A DNA stretch of 64,000 nucleotides, taken from positions 49,767 through 113,766 of the forward strand of contig CAMWFH010000004.1 in assembly GCA_947173485.1 (NCBI GenBank). Direction: 5' to 3'. Position numbers and translations under genes: made by a program. Source of the DNA: an uncultured Clostridia bacterium. Its GTDB lineage: Bacteria > Bacillota > Clostridia > Oscillospirales > Oscillospiraceae. The notes below the pieces were generated by a model. It worked only from the letters and a program-made list of their open reading frames with translations. It had not been told where the DNA came from and searched no databases. This document shows, piece after piece, positions 7,486-16,671 of the stretch; within the stretch, counting starts at the first letter, position 1; every line of letters starts with the position of its first letter.

Positions 7486-8913
7486 CTATTTCCGTTTGAA
7501 GGAGAAGATGACATCTCCCTCCTCATTGATGGACATCTGCATCGTTCGGATATGCTGGAACATGAACCGGTTCTTCTCCGCGTCCCCCATCTCGATCCGG
7601 GTGGTCCGCAGAGCCTCGGTGAGCATCTCGTTCACATTGAACCGGACCATCCTGCTGATATAGCGGTCCATCTCCTTGAACAGCGCGCCGTATTTGATAT
7701 CCTCCGCATTCCCGGAATAGAAATCATCGATATAGCAATAGAAGATCCCAGCGCTCGCCAGGGCGTTCTTCAGATCCGGCCCACAGTTGTCCCGCTCGAT
7801 CATCACCAGGAACCGGGCCTCGGGCAGGGAGGAGATCAGGCCCCAATAGTCGGAGTCGCTGGAGACGATGATGAAGGCGTCCACATCGTTCCGGTAGTGC
7901 TCCTGGCAGGCCCGCGCCGTCAGCCGGATATCCACCAGCGACTTGTTCTGCTTCACCCGCTCGATCATCATATGCTCCACAGGGATCTCCGTGTAGCTCT
8001 CCAGGATCCGCCAGGCGGAAGCGGTGTGTATATCATCGAACAGGATGATCGAGCTGATCTTTCGGGTGTACTGCCGGTCCAGATTCTTCAGCGCGGCGCA
8101 CAGCTTATAGGGGTCGGAGTTCTCGCAGTCTACGACCACCACCACCTTCTCGCTGTCCTCGATGAAGTCATAGATATTGCTCTTGACATAGCTACCCACA
8201 TCGGAGACCTTGCTGTAGTCCTCGAAATAATCGTTGTGCCACTGGTACAGGAGCGTGACGAATTTTTTGTCATTATAGAGGATGTTCCCCTCGTCCCGCG
8301 GCTCCCAGTTGATATACATCTGGTAAGGGTAAAAGGTGCGGCGGCTGTAATACGTCTCCGCTGCGGCCTTTGTGCCGCTCTCCTTCAGCCCGTTGGGCAT
8401 GATGAACAGCTCCCGGATATACTCCCACTTGATCCACAGGGGGAACAACTGCTTGCAGTTGTTGATCCGGTCCGACAGCAGCCGGTTCAGCTCGATGATA
8501 TGCTGGCAGAGCTTGGTGCTGGAACGCTTGATGAAATTCGCGCCATCGGCGTCCAGCCGGGCCAGGCACTCCATCGGGATATGCTCCGGCATGGAGATGA
8601 TGGACCGGAACTCCAGCCGCATCTTGTCGTTGATATGCTTGAAGTTGCGCTCGATGGCCGTCCGAACGATGCAAAGATCGCGGACGATCCGCGCGGTCTT
8701 ATCCAGCTCCAACCTAGAAAACACTTCCATTTTCGGAGCCTCATAAGGGTTCTCAAAAATACGCTTGGGCACACCGATGAGATAGGCCACCTTCGACACG
8801 ATCTCATAGGTACTGTCCTTATACGCGACCCGGTCCTGCTCAACAGTGGTGTTCACCGTATCCTCGGACTCTGCCAGCCGGTCCTTCGGGACCAGCTCTC
8901 TGACGGCATCCAC
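7486..8913 (-). CDS. Large (475 aa) NYN/PIN-like domain protein of unknown function
   Basis: Central VVVVVDCENSDPYKL ... AFIIVSSDSDYWGLI matches the NYN acidic strands. The ~240-aa N-terminal region and ~90-aa C-terminal region match nothing I recognise. GC is lower than the flanks. Confidence 0.7.
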   Translation of the reverse strand: MDAVRELVPKDRLAESEDTVNTTVEQDRVAYKDSTYEIVSKVAYLIGVPKRIFENPYEAPKMEVFSRLELDKTARIVRDLCIVRTAIERNFKHINDKMRLEFRSIISMPEHIPMECLARLDADGANFIKRSSTKLCQHIIELNRLLSDRINNCKQLFPLWIKWEYIRELFIMPNGLKESGTKAAAETYYSRRTFYPYQMYINWEPRDEGNILYNDKKFVTLLYQWHNDYFEDYSKVSDVGSYVKSNIYDFIEDSEKVVVVVDCENSDPYKLCAALKNLDRQYTRKISSIILFDDIHTASAWRILESYTEIPVEHMMIERVKQNKSLVDIRLTARACQEHYRNDVDAFIIVSSDSDYWGLISSLPEARFLVMIERDNCGPDLKNALASAGIFYCYIDDFYSGNAEDIKYGALFKEMDRYISRMVRFNVNEMLTEALRTTRIEMGDAEKNRFMFQHIRTMQMSINEEGDVIFSFKRK

Positions 8914-8979
8914 GGCATCCTCTCCTTCCTTGGATCATGGGCATCCCGCATCTGTAGGCCCATAGATATTTTTACACAT

Positions 8980-9008
8980 ATTATAGCATACATGTCTAGG
9001 GTTGTCTA
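8980..9008 (-). promoter_or_regulatory. sigmaA-type promoter for the large NYN gene
   Basis: The minus strand reads TAGACA, 17 nt, (TGc)TATAAT. Confidence 0.5.
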
Positions 9009-9032
9009 CCGGAATATCACGCCCTGCGGCCG

Positions 9033-9073
9033 AAAAGCCCCCTGACGCGGAGCATCATCCCGCGTCAGGGGGC
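9033..9073 (-). terminator. Intrinsic terminator after the DUF4358 gene
   Basis: 14-bp stem gccccctgacgcgg / ccgcgtcagggggc. The minus strand continues cttttcgg. Confidence 0.7.
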
Positions 9074-9079
9074 AAGCGC

Positions 9080-9517
9080 TCACTCCAGCAGGGACCGGGC
9101 GGCATCCGGGTCGCCGCAGACGCACAGGACCACCGTAGGCCCATACCGCTCCAGGATGGCATCCTCCAGCTTGCCGGCCTCTTCCGGCAGGTAGGCGACG
9201 AAGCTCTCCGTCCGGTCCTTCAGATGGACCGCCAGCTGGTCATAGAGGACCTTGGCGTCCTCCTCGCTCTCCGCCCGCAGCAGCAGAAGCTCCTCGGCGG
9301 TGGCCCCGCCGCTGATGGCGGCGTAGCTGCTCTCCAGCGCCGATACATCTATCTGCCAGACCACCGGCAGCATATCCTCCGCCAGCTCCGTCATGGTATC
9401 CGGGAACCCAGCCTCCTCCAGCAGCTTCGGGCCCAGGACGGCGGGGTCGATCTCCTTTGCCTTCCCGCAGCCGGCCAGCAGGAGCAGGGCCAAAAAAACA
9501 GGGAACGTGCGCTTCAT
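9080..9517 (-). CDS. DUF4358-like lipoprotein
   Basis: The ATG at 9517 follows GGAGGT. Lipobox LLLLAGCG. Body AEELLLLRAESEEDAKVLYDQLAVHLKDRTESFVAYLPEE resembles DUF4358 proteins. Confidence 0.7.
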   Translation of the reverse strand: MKRTFPVFLALLLLAGCGKAKEIDPAVLGPKLLEEAGFPDTMTELAEDMLPVVWQIDVSALESSYAAISGGATAEELLLLRAESEEDAKVLYDQLAVHLKDRTESFVAYLPEEAGKLEDAILERYGPTVVLCVCGDPDAARSLLE

Positions 9518-9551
9518 ACTACCTCCAACGATCTTCCAGGGGAGGACCCCT

Positions 9552-10367
9552 TTATGGATTGGCCCGCAGGTACTCCAGCCACTGCCAGCAGCAGGCCGCC
9601 GTGAGATGGACGCCGTCGGTGGCGTCCTCCGCCGGGAGATTGCCCGCCCCGTCGTCGAACAGGGCGGCGGTCTCCAGCAGCACGGTGCCCGCCTCCTCGG
9701 CGGCGGCGCGGATCTCCTGGTTGAACCGGAGGACGTTCTCGTTGTTCTCATATGTACCCTGGTCGGACCGGGCCTTGGTCACCGGGAAGATGGTCTGCAC
9801 ATAGATCCTCGCCTCCGGCTGGAGCTCCTGGAGGGTCTGGAGCAGCTCCACATACTTGTCCCGAAAGACCTTTGGATAGGACCAGCCCAGCTCGTTGGTG
9901 CCGAACATGATGTAGATCCGCCGGTACTGCCGCTTCGCCACCGCCTCCAGGACGGTACACTTGCTCCCGTCCTCCTGGGGGACGACCTCCTTGGTGTCCG
10001 CCTGGTTGACCATCAGCCCCACGGCAGTGAAAAAGTCGGCGAAGGAGAGGCCGGTATAGAGCTGGAGCATCTGGGTGCGGGAGTCGCCGATAAAGACCGC
10101 GTCGCTGAAATCCTCGGCAAAGGACGCCTCCCCCTCCACCGCCGTCCGGTGGGGCCCCTCCACTGCCGGCTTCTCCGGCGGCGGGACCGTCGGAAGGGCC
10201 TCCGTATGGTGGAAGGAGGCCGACAAGATCGCCAGCGATGCCGCCAGCAGGCACACCGGCAGCGCCGCCAGCCCGGAAAGCCTTTTCCCCGAAAATCTCT
10301 TCCCGCCGGAAACGCTCTTCTTGGAAAGCCTCTTCCCAGAAACGCTCTTCTTAAAAGCACACCTCAT
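9552..10367 (-). CDS. SGNH/GDSL-type hydrolase, membrane anchored
   Basis: The ATG at 10367 follows AAGGAGA. It has an N-terminal TM segment, VFIGDSRT (the block I Ser), MFGTNELG, and DGVHLT near the C-terminus. Confidence 0.7.
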   Translation of the reverse strand: MRCAFKKSVSGKRLSKKSVSGGKRFSGKRLSGLAALPVCLLAASLAILSASFHHTEALPTVPPPEKPAVEGPHRTAVEGEASFAEDFSDAVFIGDSRTQMLQLYTGLSFADFFTAVGLMVNQADTKEVVPQEDGSKCTVLEAVAKRQYRRIYIMFGTNELGWSYPKVFRDKYVELLQTLQELQPEARIYVQTIFPVTKARSDQGTYENNENVLRFNQEIRAAAEEAGTVLLETAALFDDGAGNLPAEDATDGVHLTAACCWQWLEYLRANP

Positions 10368-10466
10368 GGTGCAGTATCTCCTTTTATCGACAGGCGCGGC
10401 CATTTTTCGCCGCGCACGAAAGCAAAAGAAAGCCGCCCTTGCCGGAACGGCGGGGCTGTTATCTAT

Positions 10467-10495
10467 AGTATAAGCCCCCCAGATCTTGTTGACAA
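10467..10495 (-). promoter_or_regulatory. sigmaA-type promoter for the SGNH/DUF4358 genes
   Basis: The minus strand reads TTGTCA, 17 nt, TATACT. Confidence 0.5.
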
Positions 10496-10514
10496 GAACG
10501 ATCTGACAACAAAA

Positions 10515-10533
10515 CAGTTACAAAGCAGTTACA
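10515..10533. repeat. Direct repeat CAGTTACA-N3-CAGTTACA (11-bp period) upstream of the 10467-10495 promoter
   Basis: Copies at 10515-10522 and 10526-10533. Related hexamers CTGACA (10503) and TTGACA (10489) continue the series. This arrangement looks like an OmpR/PhoB-family response-regulator site. Confidence 0.4.
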
Positions 10534-10555
10534 CCCCCGCCGCACCCTCCAAGGG

Positions 10556-10610
10556 GCGGCAGAGGGGGCCTCCGTCCGCGCTCCTTCAGGGGATGGAGGC
10601 CCTCTGCCGC
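10556..10610. other. Long GC-rich hairpin (16-18-bp stem) downstream of phoU
   Basis: gcggcagagggggcctcc ... ggaggccctctgccgc. The T-rich run (ctcttcttttta) follows on the plus strand only. Confidence 0.6.
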
Positions 10611-10627
10611 GTTCCGCTCTTCTTTTT

Positions 10628-10655
10628 ATTATATCTCTTTTTCGACAGGATGCAA
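10628..10655 (-). promoter_or_regulatory. Near-consensus promoter-like hexamers just downstream of phoU
   Basis: The minus strand reads TTGCAT, 16 nt, TATAAT. A transcript from here would start just before the 10556-10610 hairpin. Confidence 0.4.
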
Positions 10656-10718
10656 GCGATTTTGTCCGGTAAGCTATGGAAAATTCTCACCCTGCCCTCC
10701 CCGGTCTCTTTGGTCCTT

Positions 10719-11366
10719 TTACCCTAGATCCCGGCTGCCAGTGATCGAGAAGCGCACCCACTCCGCCACGTTCACCGCGTGGTCCCCGATGCGCTCGAAA
10801 TACTTGGCCACCATCAGCAGGTCCAGCGCCTGTCCGGCGGCGGACTGGCCCGCCCGAATCAGCTGGAGCAGGTCCTCCCTGACCTGGCAGAACAGCTCGT
10901 CCATCGCGTCGTCCTCCTCCACCACCGCCGTGGCCAGGTCCAGGTCCGCCTGGACGAAGGCGGCCACGCTGCCGGCGACCATATGGATGGCCGTCTGGGC
11001 CATCTGGCGGATATGGCCCTCCCCCATGGCGGGCAGGGTCCCGGTGAACCGGGTCAGCTCCGCGATGTCGGCGGCCTGGTCCCCGATGCGCTCCAGGTCC
11101 GAGAGCATCTTCAGCGCCGAGGAGATGTCCCGCAGGTCCCTTGCCACCGGCTGCTGCCGCAGCAGCAGCTCCAGGCAGAGCTGCTCGATCTCCCTCTCCA
11201 GCCGGTCGATCTCCCGTTCCGCCGCCCCGGCGGCCTGGGCCTGCTCCCGGCTGCCGGTCAGCAGGGCCTGGGCGGCGGCGGCGATGGCCGTCTCACACAG
11301 GCCCCCCAGGCGGACCATCTCCGTATGCAGCTCTCTCAGCTGCTGGTCAAAGCGGCTGCGCATCAT
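10719..11366 (-). CDS. phoU: Phosphate signalling complex protein PhoU
   Basis: [21 protein letters not shown]... with two PhoU repeats (E/DxxxD motifs). The start overlaps the pstB stop. Confidence 0.9.
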   Translation of the reverse strand: MMRSRFDQQLRELHTEMVRLGGLCETAIAAAAQALLTGSREQAQAAGAAEREIDRLEREIEQLCLELLLRQQPVARDLRDISSALKMLSDLERIGDQAADIAELTRFTGTLPAMGEGHIRQMAQTAIHMVAGSVAAFVQADLDLATAVVEEDDAMDELFCQVREDLLQLIRAGQSAAGQALDLLMVAKYFERIGDHAVNVAEWVRFSITGSRDLG

Positions 11367-12118
11367 CCAAACCTCCCGGTGATATACTCCTCTGTACGCT
11401 TGTCCCTGGGCATGGAGAAGAGCTGGCCCGTAGGACCGTACTCGATGACCTCCCCCAACAGGAAAAAGGCGGTGCGGTCGGAGACCCGGGCCGCCTGCTG
11501 GAGGTTGTGGGTCACCATGATGATGGTGTACCGCTGCTTCAGCTCCAGGATCAGCTCCTCGATCCGGGCGGCGGAGATGGGGTCCAGGGCGCTGGTGGCC
11601 TCGTCCATCAGCAGCACGTCCGGCTCCACCGCCAGGGCCCGGGCGATGCACAGCCGCTGCTGCTGTCCGCCGGAGAGGCCCAGGGCGCTCTTCTTCAGCC
11701 GGTCACGCACCTCGTCCCAGATCGCCGCCCCCCGCAGGCTCTCCTCCACGATCGCGTCCAGCCGCCCCCGGTCCCGGATCCCATGGGTCCGGGGGCCGTA
11801 GGCCACGTTGTCGTAGATGGACATGGGGAAGGGGTTGGCCTTCTGAAAGACCATGCCGATCTGCTTGCGCAGGGCGGTCACGTCCCGGCCGGGGGCGTAG
11901 ATATCCTCCCCCCGGTACAGCACCCGGCCACGGATGGACACCGTGGGCACCAGGTCGTTCATGCGGTCCAGGGTGCGGAGGAAGGTGGACTTGCCGCAGC
12001 CGGAGGGCCCGATCAGGGCGGTGATCTGGTTGGCCGGCAGGTCCATGGTTATGCCGCGGAGGGCCGGATGGGTCCCGTAATACAGCTCCAGCCGCTCCGC
12101 TCTGATGATGGGGGCCAT
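11363..12118 (-). CDS. pstB: Phosphate ABC transporter ATP-binding protein
   Basis: The ATG at 12118 follows AAGGAG. Walker [10 protein letters not shown], signature LSGGQQQRL, and the typical PstB tail [10 protein letters not shown]. Confidence 0.95.
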   Translation of the reverse strand: MAPIIRAERLELYYGTHPALRGITMDLPANQITALIGPSGCGKSTFLRTLDRMNDLVPTVSIRGRVLYRGEDIYAPGRDVTALRKQIGMVFQKANPFPMSIYDNVAYGPRTHGIRDRGRLDAIVEESLRGAAIWDEVRDRLKKSALGLSGGQQQRLCIARALAVEPDVLLMDEATSALDPISAARIEELILELKQRYTIIMVTHNLQQAARVSDRTAFFLLGEVIEYGPTGQLFSMPRDKRTEEYITGRFG

Positions 12119-12147
12119 ACCCTCACTCCTTTTACGAATGCTTGCGT

Positions 12148-12999
12148 CTACGAATGCTTGCGTCCCACCAGCCCGGCGGCCAGGTTGATGAGCGCTGTCA
12201 GGGCCAGCAGGACGGTGGCCACGGAGAAAGCGGCGGCCAGGTCCGCCCGCTCCTTGGCGTAGACGTACAGCGCCACCGTCAGCGTCGCGCCGGAGGAGCG
12301 CATCAGGGCTTCGATGGTAGAAAAGTCCTGCATCATGGTGCTGAGGCCAGCAGTATAGAGCAGGACGGCGCTCTCCCCCACGATGCGCCCCACTGCCAGG
12401 ATGCACCCGGTGACGATGCCGCTAAGGCTCCCCGGCAGGACCACGGTGCGGATCATATGCCACTTGCCGCTGCCCAATCCCAGGGCCCCCTCCCGGTAGC
12501 TCTGGGGGACGGTCCGCAGGCTGACTTGGGTGGTGCGGATGATGGTGGGCAGGGTCATGATGACCAGGGTCAGGGACCCGGCCAGAAGGGTCTTGCCCAG
12601 GCCCAGGACCTGGCAGAAGACCACCGCCCCCACCAGGGCGTAGAGGATGGAGGGGATGCCCGCCAGGATCTCGGTGGCGAACTCGATGGCCCCCACCAGC
12701 CGGCGGTTCCTCGCGTACTCCGTCAGATAGACCGCCGCCCCCACCCCCAGGGGCAGTACCAGGGCCAGGGAGGCCAGGATGACATAGATCGTGTTGCGGA
12801 TGCTGGGCAGGATGCCCACGGTGCCCTGGAGGACGCTGTCCGCCGTGGTCAAAAAGGCCCAGCTGATGCCGGGGACGCCCCGGTAGAGGATATAGCCGAT
12901 CAGGGCCAGCAGCAGGCCGCAGGTCAGGAGGGTGCTGCCGTAGAGCAGGGCCCGGACCGCCATATCATAGGCCCGCCGGCGGGGAGATAGGCGGCTCAC
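12148..12999 (-). CDS. pstA: Phosphate ABC transporter permease PstA
   Basis: The GTG at 12999 overlaps the pstC stop (GTGA). An alternative ATG lies at 12963. The product has an EAA-loop-type permease sequence. Confidence 0.9.
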   Translation of the reverse strand: MSRLSPRRRAYDMAVRALLYGSTLLTCGLLLALIGYILYRGVPGISWAFLTTADSVLQGTVGILPSIRNTIYVILASLALVLPLGVGAAVYLTEYARNRRLVGAIEFATEILAGIPSILYALVGAVVFCQVLGLGKTLLAGSLTLVIMTLPTIIRTTQVSLRTVPQSYREGALGLGSGKWHMIRTVVLPGSLSGIVTGCILAVGRIVGESAVLLYTAGLSTMMQDFSTIEALMRSSGATLTVALYVYAKERADLAAAFSVATVLLALTALINLAAGLVGRKHS

Positions 13000-13871
13000 C
13001 GGTCCACCCCCTCTCGGAGGACCAGGCCCAGCAGGGCGTTGAGCAACAGGATGAAGAGGAACAGCACCAGCCCGATGGAGTAGAGGGCCATCCGCTGTAG
13101 GCTGCCCACGGCGGCGTAGTTCAGCTCGATGGCGATGCCGGTGGTGAGGAACCGGACACTCTCAAAGAGGGAGGGCATATTGGCGGCGTTGCCGGCCACC
13201 ATCAGGATGGCCATGGCCTCCCCGATGGCCCGCCCCACCCCCAGCACCACCGCCGTGGCGATGCCGCTCCTGGCGGCAGGGGCGCTGACCCGGAGGTAGG
13301 TCTCCAGCCGGGTGGCCCCCAGGGCCAGACTGGCCTCCTCGAACTCCTTGGGCACCGCCCGGAGGGCATTCTCCGACACGGAGATCACCGAGGGCAGGAT
13401 CATCACCGCCAGGACGATGATGGAGGCGAAGAGGCTGTCCCCGGCGGAGAGGCGGAAGGTCCGCTGGACCCAGGGCACCAGGACGGTCATGCCCACCAGG
13501 CCGTAGACCACGGAGGGGATGCCCGCCAGCAGCTGCACCGCCGGCCGGACAACTGCCGCCACCGGGGCCGGCGCGGCCTTGGCCAGATAGACCGCGGTAA
13601 AAAAGCCCACCGGCACCCCCAGGACGATGGCCCCGGCCGTGCCGTAGATCGAGGTGAGGATCAGAGGGAGGATGCCGAACTGGGGCTGGGTGGCGTGGGT
13701 GGAGGCCCAGGTGGTGCCAAAGAGGAACTCCCGCAGGCCCACCTGGCGGATCGCCGGCAGGCCGGAGAGGACCAGGTACACGGTGATCAGCAGCACGAAG
13801 GCCACCGCCACCAGGCCGCAGAGAAGAAAGACGGCGCTCATCACCGTCTCCACAGGGCGACGACGTCTCAT
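12996..13871 (-). CDS. pstC: Phosphate ABC transporter permease PstC
   Basis: The ATG at 13871 follows GGGAGG. Polytopic permease positioned between pstS and pstA. Confidence 0.9.
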   Translation of the reverse strand: MRRRRPVETVMSAVFLLCGLVAVAFVLLITVYLVLSGLPAIRQVGLREFLFGTTWASTHATQPQFGILPLILTSIYGTAGAIVLGVPVGFFTAVYLAKAAPAPVAAVVRPAVQLLAGIPSVVYGLVGMTVLVPWVQRTFRLSAGDSLFASIIVLAVMILPSVISVSENALRAVPKEFEEASLALGATRLETYLRVSAPAARSGIATAVVLGVGRAIGEAMAILMVAGNAANMPSLFESVRFLTTGIAIELNYAAVGSLQRMALYSIGLVLFLFILLLNALLGLVLREGVDR

Positions 13872-13896
13872 AGGATCCCTCCCGAAAAAGATCGCC

Positions 13897-14703
13897 TTAC
13901 GGCGGGACGGCCCCGGCGGCGGTGATATACGCTGCCGCGTCTGGGCCCAAGGCATATTGCAGGAACCGCGCCGCCGGGGCCGGCAGGGCCGCGCCGCTCC
14001 GGGTGACCAGCAGGAAGGGCCGCTGGAGGGGGTAGCTCCCGTCCCGGACGGTCTCCTCCGTGCAGGGGACGCCGTCGATCTCCAGGGCCGCCACCGCCTC
14101 GCTCAGCACCGCCAGGGAGGCGTAGCCGATGGCATTGGGGTTGCTGGAGGCGCTGGCGATCACATCGCCGGTGGAGCCGTACTCGTTCTTGTAGCGGCAC
14201 CGGTCGGTCACCTCCAGCAGCTCCTCGAAGGCCCCCCGGGTACCAGACCCGGCCTCCCGGCCCATCACCGCGATGGGCAGGTCCTCGCCCCCCACCTGGG
14301 CCCAGTTGCCGATCTCCCCGGTGAAGATCTGGGCCAGCTGGTCCCTGGTCAGCGCCCGGACCGGATTGGAGGGATGGACCACCACCGCCACCCCGTCCAG
14401 GGCCAGCAGATGGCCCACCGCTCCCCGGCGGACCTCCTCGTCCGTCAGGTTCCGGCTGCTCAGGCCGATGTCGCCCGTGCCGGACAGGACCGCCTGGATG
14501 CCCGCCCCGGAGCCGGTGCCGCTGTAGTTGACGGTGATCTCCGGGGACACCGCCCGGAAAGTCTCCTGGAGGACGCTCATCACGTCCGCCAGGGAGGTAG
14601 ACCCCTCCATGTTCACCACGCCGGCCAGGTCCTGTCCCGCCGCCTGACAGCCGGCCAGGACCATGGACAGTCCCGCCAGCAGCGCCGCCAGACGCTTTCC
14701 CAT
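13897..14703 (-). CDS. pstS: Phosphate-binding lipoprotein PstS
   Basis: The ATG at 14703 follows GAGGTGGAGG. Lipobox LAGCQ. Motifs SGTGSGAGI and GSGTRGAFEE are typical of PstS-family PBPs. Confidence 0.9.
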   Translation of the reverse strand: MGKRLAALLAGLSMVLAGCQAAGQDLAGVVNMEGSTSLADVMSVLQETFRAVSPEITVNYSGTGSGAGIQAVLSGTGDIGLSSRNLTDEEVRRGAVGHLLALDGVAVVVHPSNPVRALTRDQLAQIFTGEIGNWAQVGGEDLPIAVMGREAGSGTRGAFEELLEVTDRCRYKNEYGSTGDVIASASSNPNAIGYASLAVLSEAVAALEIDGVPCTEETVRDGSYPLQRPFLLVTRSGAALPAPAARFLQYALGPDAAAYITAAGAVPP

Positions 14704-14802
14704 CGCCTCCACCTCTTTCGTAGACCTGATTCCATATCAATATAGGCGGGAATGGGCGATCTTATACGCGGAAGATATTAGCCATCCTCTGGCCTCGTAG
14801 GC

Positions 14803-14853
14803 AAAAAAATACCAGGGCCCGTCTGTCCATAGGAGGATAGGCAGGCCCTGGTA
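14803..14853 (-). terminator. Intrinsic terminator after the zinc-ribbon membrane protein gene
   Basis: Stem taccagggcc / ggccctggta. The minus strand continues with seven T. Confidence 0.8.
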
Positions 14854-14861
14854 TATATCGC

Positions 14862-15314
14862 TCATGGATGGAAAAGGGGGCGCTGGTCTCTTTTTTGATC
14901 CCTCTGCCGGGTCAGCTGGAGCACGAAATAGCAGTCCATAAAGCCGCCCAGGCCCACGCACAGCACGGCAACGCCTCTGACAAGGGCGGCCAGCAGCGCG
15001 GCGACCGCCGCCATCTCCTCACCGGTAAAGGAGGCCGTCCGAAGGATCCCGGCGGCGGCGAACAGCGTATGGAGCCCAAAAGCCAGGCAGGCTGTACCGA
15101 TCACGATACCGGCAACGCACACCGGCCAGCAGGCCCTGTCCGGCTTTTTGGATGGCCGCGAAGGACCGCCGGAGGAGCGGCTCACCGGCGGCAGCTCGGG
15201 ACCATCCTCGCCAGTGGACGGCGGATAGCTAAGGAGCGATACCGGCGCGCCGCAGGCTGCGGGGGAAGCAGTATCATTGGAGAGCGGTATGCCATAACAG
15301 GGGCAGTTCATCAT
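14862..15314 (-). CDS. Small membrane protein with an N-terminal Cys-x-Cys motif (possible partial zinc-ribbon-like element)
   Basis: MMNCPCYG..., a Pro/Ser-rich linker, and two to three TM segments. The Shine-Dalgarno GAGGGA precedes the ATG at 15314. Confidence 0.5.
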   Translation of the reverse strand: MMNCPCYGIPLSNDTASPAACGAPVSLLSYPPSTGEDGPELPPVSRSSGGPSRPSKKPDRACWPVCVAGIVIGTACLAFGLHTLFAAAGILRTASFTGEEMAAVAALLAALVRGVAVLCVGLGGFMDCYFVLQLTRQRDQKRDQRPLFHP

Positions 15315-15339
15315 GCGGTCCCTCACTTTCTGATTCTAA

Positions 15340-15377
15340 AGAAGAATAACGCGGGAGGAGCCAAAGGGCCCCTCCCG
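15340..15377 (-). terminator. Intrinsic terminator after lysC
   Basis: Stem cgggaggagcc / ggcccctcccg. The minus strand continues cgttattcttcttt. Confidence 0.65.
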
Positions 15378-15388
15378 GCATATACTGC

Positions 15389-16600
15389 TCATTCCTCGCC
15401 GAAGAACTTGGCGTGGACGGCCTTGACGGCCCGGTCCACCTCCGAGGCATCGATGATGACGGACACCCGGATCTCACTGGTGTTGATCCGCTTGATGTTG
15501 ATATTGGCGTCATACAGCGCCTCGAACATCTTCGCCGCCACGCCGGGGGTGGTCATGATGCCGGCCCCCACGATGCTCACCTTGCCCACGTCGTTGTCCA
15601 CATCGATGTGGTCATAGTCCAGGGTGTCCTTGGCCTTCTCCAGGGTCTCCAGGGCGGTCTCCACATCCTTGGAGGAGAGTGTGAAGCTGATGTCCTTAGT
15701 CTCCTCCCGGCCGATGGACTGGATGATGGTGTCCACGTTGATGCCCGCCCGGCTCAGGTCGGAGAAGATGCGGAAGGCCACGCCGGGGTTATCCTGCAAG
15801 CCGATCAGAGCGATCTGAGAAACACTGGTATCCTTCGCCACACCGGCGATGGTTGTCTTTTCCATTTTGACGACCTCCTTGACTTTCGTGCCGCTCTTGC
15901 GCTCCAGGCTGGACACGACTTCCATATTGACATGATATTTTTTCGCCAGCTCCACGCTGCGGTTATGGAGCACCTGGGCCCCCTGGCTGGCCAGCTCCAG
16001 CATCTCGTCATAGGTGATCTCCGGCAGCTTCACCGCCTCCGGCACGATTCGGGGATCGGTGGTGTACACGCCGTCCACATCGGTATAGATCTGGCACAGG
16101 TCCGCGTTGAAGTTGGCGGCCAAGGCCACGGCGCTGGTGTCGGACCCGCCCCGGCCCAGGGTGGTCACGTCCCCCCGGCGGTTGATGCCCTGGAACCCGG
16201 CCACCAGCACGATCTTCCGCTTGTCCAGCTCGTTCTGGATGCGCTCCCGGTTGATCTTACGGATCCGGGCGTCGCTGTAGGTATTGGTGGTGTAGATGCC
16301 CACCTGCCAGGCCGCCAGGGAGATCACCGGCAGGCCCATCTTCTCCAGGGCCATGGCGCACAGGGCGATGGAGATCTGCTCACCGGTGGACAGGAGCATA
16401 TCCATCTCCCTCTTGGAGGCCCGGGGATTGATCTCCGCCGCCTTGGCGATCAGGTCATCGGTGGTGTCGCCCTGGGCGGAGAGGACCACCAGCACATTGT
16501 TGCCGGCCTTATAGGTATCGGCGATGATGTTCGCCACGTTCTGGATACGGGCGGCATCCCGGACGGAGCTGCCGCCGAATTTCTGTACGATCAGTTTCAT
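15389..16600 (-). CDS. lysC: Aspartate kinase
   Basis: MKLIVQKFGGSSV..., GRGGSDTSA, and two C-terminal ACT domains. Confidence 0.95.
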   Translation of the reverse strand: MKLIVQKFGGSSVRDAARIQNVANIIADTYKAGNNVLVVLSAQGDTTDDLIAKAAEINPRASKREMDMLLSTGEQISIALCAMALEKMGLPVISLAAWQVGIYTTNTYSDARIRKINRERIQNELDKRKIVLVAGFQGINRRGDVTTLGRGGSDTSAVALAANFNADLCQIYTDVDGVYTTDPRIVPEAVKLPEITYDEMLELASQGAQVLHNRSVELAKKYHVNMEVVSSLERKSGTKVKEVVKMEKTTIAGVAKDTSVSQIALIGLQDNPGVAFRIFSDLSRAGINVDTIIQSIGREETKDISFTLSSKDVETALETLEKAKDTLDYDHIDVDNDVGKVSIVGAGIMTTPGVAAKMFEALYDANINIKRINTSEIRVSVIIDASEVDRAVKAVHAKFFGEE

Positions 16601-16671
16601 AGGGTCGAAGCCTTCTTTCTTAGTAGGGGTCTAGTTCATTATAGAGCGCCCGGCGGGGCAGGGTGCGCCGG

